Below are positions 59,232 to 64,000 of a stretch of 64,000 nt of DNA, in pieces; position 1 is the first letter of the stretch; each line of letters starts with the position of its first letter. The stretch lies in the NCBI GenBank assembly GCA_030704615.1, contig CM060732.1:8122001-8186000 (forward strand), given 5' to 3'. The translations under genes and the position numbers were made by a program. Under the pieces are notes generated by a model. That model saw only the letters and a list, made by a program, of their open reading frames with translations. It was not told the origin of the DNA and ran no database searches. The stretch is from Takakia lepidozioides. Lineage: Eukaryota; Plantae; Bryophyta.

Positions 59232-62200
59232 CAAGAGGTGAGCACATCCACTACATTCGTTACTCTATCAGACTCATCTTCGGAGGATGTTTCCGAGATT
59301 CCTCCACCAGTCCAGACTCCATTCTTAGATGATGACGAATTGCAGGAGATAACGAGTGTCATTCCAAAATTGACTTGCAGGCGTGCTTGGGTGCAAGAGC
59401 GAGCTCCGGTTTGTTGACTGGGAGTCCCTTCGGGTGCAGCGAGTTCAATATGTGCCAGCAGAGTTTGACGGGGACATTTTGTTTGAGCTCAACCCTCCCA
59501 CGTCTTCAAGTGGACTTGCTGGGCTTCTGCAAGGCATGGACAAGAAACATGACGGACATCCTTGGTGCAGGACAAAAACATCGAACATCCACAACGACAT
59601 TGGGTTGAAATTTCGAAGGTCGGTTTGCGTTGGACATTGCAAGTGTCTGAATCCTTCTTGCCCTCGCCTGAGGAACAACTTTTAACCAAACGAGAGTGAG
59701 TGGGAAGGGGTGCCCCTGAATCCTTTCACACCAGGGCTTGCCCCTCCCAAGAGCAATACTTTTGTGTGCAGGTTCTGCAAACTTGCCCCGTCATGTGTTT
59801 CTGTGTGTCACACTCGAATGTACCAGCTGGCACACCGATGCAACACAATGACTCGTGCCTGCATTCATATGGGCACACACGAGCATCCTGTGTGGAAGGG
59901 AAGTTGCAGGGATAGCGTTGACATCGCTAGAAATCTTCTGAAGCAGGAATTCCATAATACCCCTTGTGCAACGCCTTCTGCTATAGCGCTTGCAGCTAGC
60001 AAGACATTCCTGGAAAAACACATACTGGGTGAAGGGAATGCGTCACAGCCAATGCTGGATGCAGATTCGCTTGATGCAGTGATGGACCATTTCTCCGTAT
60101 TGAGCTCTCCCAATATTCGGAACCAGGTGAATGCACTCAGAATGGGCACTGGCAGTGCTAGATTCATGGACAACATCATGGACCTAAAACGGAGGAGTCA
60201 GTATGAATTCATTCAAAACAATATCTTCCCTAGCCAGGGCTCGTCCAAGGTGTATTTGTTTAAGATGTCCACAGTGGGCGAAGGCAGTGGTGTGAGCATC
60301 GTCCGCCGAATGCAACCTGGAGGAGATTTGGCAAAATGTTGGTTGATGTTTGATCACTGCAAACGGGTGAAAGATTGGACAACCATGGCGTGCCATGTGT
60401 ACGATCCAGTGTACCAGCGTGTGCTTTCCATAGCAATTTGTGATATGCAGTCAGAGGACACTGAATCCCAAATGCTCATGTGGAATTCTTTCCTGGCCGT
60501 CATGCAGCGCAATGGAATGCAAAACACCAATTTTGCGGGGTTCATGGCTGATAGTGCACAGGCAAATTTCAATGCAATGCGGTGTGTCTTTGGTTCGGGG
60601 GATCCTAAGCTCCCAATGGAAAATAGGGAGCGCACATGCCTCTTCCATTGGAGTCAATCTCTAGTACGTCATACAAAGCGCTGCATTCGACCTGACCTTC
60701 AGCTAGAGCATAGAAGGCTCTGCCTCAAGTACAAAAATGCCACCTCAATGGGAGAAGCTAAGGGCAGTTACCAAGCAATCCGGGCTTGATGGTTCTCCTC
60801 TGGTGCTGCTACAGGGATCTAGCTGAAGGAGTTGGAGGACTGGTTGGTGTTTTGGCACTTCAGGTACAGACAGTGGGGAGCTTTCATGACGACGGTAAGC
60901 CTCTTCAATCCCAGAATTACAAATTTCACTTTGCGTCTTGCCTGTTCCTTTGGGGTTGTTGGATATGCACTTGCAGTTCCTCTTCCATTTCCATTCGTTC
61001 CTCACATTTGCATGCATTGCCTCCTGCAGGACAAATCCTTGGAGGACTTGGCCGACATGCCTCGTGTAATTTGGCGGAGACAGTTCACAACGCCTGGATG
61101 CAGCAGTCTACCAAAGCAGGACGTGACTTATATGTTGCCACTGCAGATGACATGGTGCGGGCACTTACCCAACAAACCAGATACCGCAATTTTCTGATGG
61201 GACGGGGCGGAGGCAAGGGCCCTGATACGACTTTGTTGATGCTAAGGGCTGCGAGCAGGTTCGGAGACCCATTGAAGATGGCGAGAGCTCTGAACAGGTG
61301 CACTGAAGGGTCCCCTTTGCAATCCAGGGTCCCCCATTTGGAAGGCGAGGAAACATTTGGATCATGCAAAAGGAAATTGAACACTCCTCCAGGGTCGGAT
61401 GGAGATTCCCATCGCCCGGACAGGGTCAATTTCTCTGTGCCAAAGGTGTCTCCGGTGCAGACTAAGTCATGTGCCCGCCCCTTCCCAGGTGGGTCCTCTA
61501 CCAGTGGAGTAGGTGGAAATCATGCAAGCAAAGCAGCAGGAATCCCATTGGAGGAGGTGGTGTCCTTGGTGCATGAATCTGATTGCATTGACATTGAGTG
61601 GCATATAGAACGCACCCCACCAGGATCTAGAGTGGCTTGCATGGCGATTTGGACCCCCTCTTTCAAGAAATGCAAATAAAAAATATGCAAAGGCTCCAGG
61701 GGGACTCCAGCTCCAACATTCACAGGGTTGTTCCAACCTTATCATAGTGGGGAGTCAAAGGACCACAAGTTTTGGTTCTGCCCAGACGATATGGCACAAT
61801 GCGTGAAAGGAACAGTTCGTCCTTCGGTGATAATGAAGCCCCCTCCGCTCGCAATTTGGCCTATGAAACTTGGGACGTCGCTGTCATCAACCGAGATAAG
61901 CATGCTGGAGGAGGGAGGGTTCCGTCTTGCACAGTCCCTAGTGGTGCCCTCATGCACTCAGGGCACAGATGTGCCACATGCTCCGGCAATTCCTCCACCC
62001 GTTGCCGACTCGCACCCAACAAAAAGAGATGGAAAAACAGTGCGCCGTGTCGCTTCGGGTGCAGATCACGACTGCAAGATGGAATCGGCTAGAATTTTGC
62101 AGGCTTGGGTGACTCGTATCACCGAAGTCCCTGCCCCGGGGTATGGACGGATTTACACAGTGTTGTCTGCTGGCTCAGTTCTTCATGGGAAAGAATATCA

Positions 62201-62441
62201 GGTTACCGTGGGGAATTTCCCTGCGTGCACTTGTCCGGATTTTGTAGCGATGCGTGAGGGCGCTCTCGGCATGAGAGGGAAGTGGGTCCCCTACAAACAT
62301 CAATATTACATATACCTTATAATTATGTGCTGCGATGGTAAGAGAGACCAATTCATTCACCAAGCCACACTAGGCTATGGAGAAGTCATCACTCTTCTAC
62401 AGCGGGACACCTGCCGTGGGGCTCCGCCACATTCTCTGTGA
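59232..62441 (+). pseudogene. MULE-B transposase, 3' part (DDE core and SWIM), disrupted; intron at about 60895-61029
   Basis: KKHDGHPWCRTKTS, LMFDHCKRV, FMADSAQA, TCLFHW, CNLAETVH and CTCPDF..YKH. Confidence 0.87.
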
Positions 62442-62799
62442 ATAGAAACGAGCCATGCCCACTTCCCGTGCTGGTTTCCAGCTTATCGCGGAACCAGGGC
62501 AATTGCATATTGTAGGCGTCTTTCTCTGAATTGAAATAAAGTGTGACGATCATTCTGAGCTCAAATCTGCATTATGTTCATATTCCTTTTTTTGTGCAGA
62601 CATTGCAGACATGGTGCATGGTGGCCCCTTTGTTTTGTCCTCGTTTGTCCACGGTAATAGGCCCTCTTCATGCAATCCTCGCCTATAGGGCCTGCTTCTC
62701 TAGCACATTGGTGCCGCTCACGCTTTGCAGCTACAACGTGAGCTCAGCTCCCAGGCTCACGGGCTGGGCTCACGCCGTAGCTACGCTGATTTAACACAA

Positions 62800-63330
62800 C
62801 TATGTGCCAGATGTTAGAGAAAAATGGGACCTTGATCTATGAGGGGGACATTGCCCTGCCAATTCTGGTGCTTGCCTATAGAACTTCTGTCCATGCCATT
62901 ACCAATATCTCTCCTTTTGCATTGTTATATGGTCGCAAGGCTCGCTCCCCTTTGCACATTTCAACCATGCAGGTACCTGTCTCTCAACCTGTTGATTGGG
63001 ATCTTTTTTTGCATGACCTGGATGTTAAGAGATGTAAGCTCCGAGAAAGAGCAAAGAGCAACATTGTGTTAGCTCATGCCGCTTGGGCTCTATAACTACA
63101 ATCGCCGTGTTGTGTATTATGATGCCTTCAAAGTTGGTCAATCCGTTTGTGTTCGTCTTCAACCTGGTAAGCAGGTCTCCAAGGCTTCTCGTAGAATAGA
63201 TGGCCCATATCTGATTGTTGACATCCTGCCTGGTCACCAGCACCAGCTTCTGCCTCAACATGACTCCACTGCTGGCGCTATTCCAGGGACTGTCCACATT
63301 TCGTTATTGGTTCCTTGCATTCTTCAATTT
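62800..63330 (+). mobile_element. Degenerate Ty3/Gypsy integrase C-terminal fragment (different family)
   Basis: LAYRTSVHAITNISPFALLYGR, FKVGQSVCVR, GPYLIVDI and TVHISLL. Confidence 0.75.
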
Positions 63331-63699
63331 AATCTAATATGTTTTGAATATTGAGCATCGACATGTTATTCTTACTCCTAATAGGGCTGCTCGTCATCAG
63401 CAGGTGGCTGCTTCTTCCATAGAGTAGTTTTTGTGCAATTTTTTTTTTCGAGCTAGGTGTTCACATCATCATGTAAGCACCTAGGGTTTTTCCAGGGTGA
63501 TGTTTGTAGCAGGGAGTGCTTAGGGGCCAACATCTGGTGGAAGATCCACCACTACAACAATAGGTCCTCAAGGACCAGCACAAACAGGAGAACCAGCACC
63601 TATCAGTGGGCAGGGTGTAGGGCCACAGATGGCGGTACCTCCAACACGGGCAAAACCACATTTTCCAATATACGCAGGGAAAGAGGATCTTGATGTACA

Positions 63700-64000
63700 C
63701 ATTAGCTAATTTGAGCACATGTGTATTGTGAACAATGAGAATGGCGATGATGCCAAGATGAGACTGTTTCCTTGTTCATTTATCAAGAAAGCAAGTGAAT
63801 GGTATGCAAGATTTCCAGATAATCATTTCCTAACCTGGAATAGCCTTAGTACGACATTCCGGAATAGGTTCAGGACAAGCAAAACTGAGGATGAAGTGTA
63901 TGGAAGTTTACAACAGTTAAGACAAAAGAAGCATGAAACTGTTGAGCAGTACATGGAAAAGATCGAGTTAATGATGAAAAAACTGGTTGCTGTACCAGCG
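63700..64000 (+). mobile_element. LTR retrotransposon gag fragment running off the window
   Basis: DAKMRLFPCSFIKKASEWY..TWNSLSTTFRNRF..LQQLRQKKHETVEQY follows the retrotransposon gag pattern. Confidence 0.75.

Larger units (their letters stand above)
31640..62788 (+). mobile_element. MULE-B: related Mutator-like element, left end truncated, interrupted by Gypsy C/D
   Basis: Left subterminal GCGTGAGC/TGACGTGGC repeats at 31640-31910. The right terminus ...GGCTCACGCC-N10-TG at 62788 matches the MULE-A terminus pattern. It has the same divergent two-gene layout. No matching left TSD was found. Confidence 0.72.

Noticed and set aside
62789-62797. ATTTAACAC as the MULE-B TSD, paired with copies near 45798 and 54897
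   Set aside because: Those matches lie inside Gypsy LTRs and are coincidental. There is no copy at the left end near 31640.

Overview
Nuclear DNA of a plant, probably a non-seed land plant (intron-rich HslU gene, PLS-class PPR fragments; this is inference). The first 10.3 kb holds two ordinary spliced genes, ABCF4-like and HslU/ClpY. At 11.5-16.7 kb is a mosaic of gene fragments (UPF1, PPR, SET domain, MULE transposase). The rest is a nested transposon island: a CACTA remnant, a Ty1/copia remnant split by a 10.6 kb Mutator-like element (MULE-A; 9-bp TSD, divergent ParB-like accessory gene, palindrome arrays), and a related MULE-B whose transposase is split by a 22 kb Ty3/Gypsy insertion (C) that contains a second, inverted family member (D). 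This Gypsy family is the most unusual system. Its polyprotein is Gag-PR-[DNMT3-like cytosine methyltransferase]-RT-RH-IN-[PHD]. It has a self-complementary (Tf1-like) primer site, a conserved extra 249-aa ORF and a variable cargo slot with host gene pieces. In both independent insertions its terminal repeats are asymmetric and circularly permuted (B ... A-gc-B-A, 4-bp TSD). That layout suggests integration from a 2-LTR circle cut at an internal palindrome rather than from normal linear cDNA ends. All coordinates were read by eye and no database searches were run.
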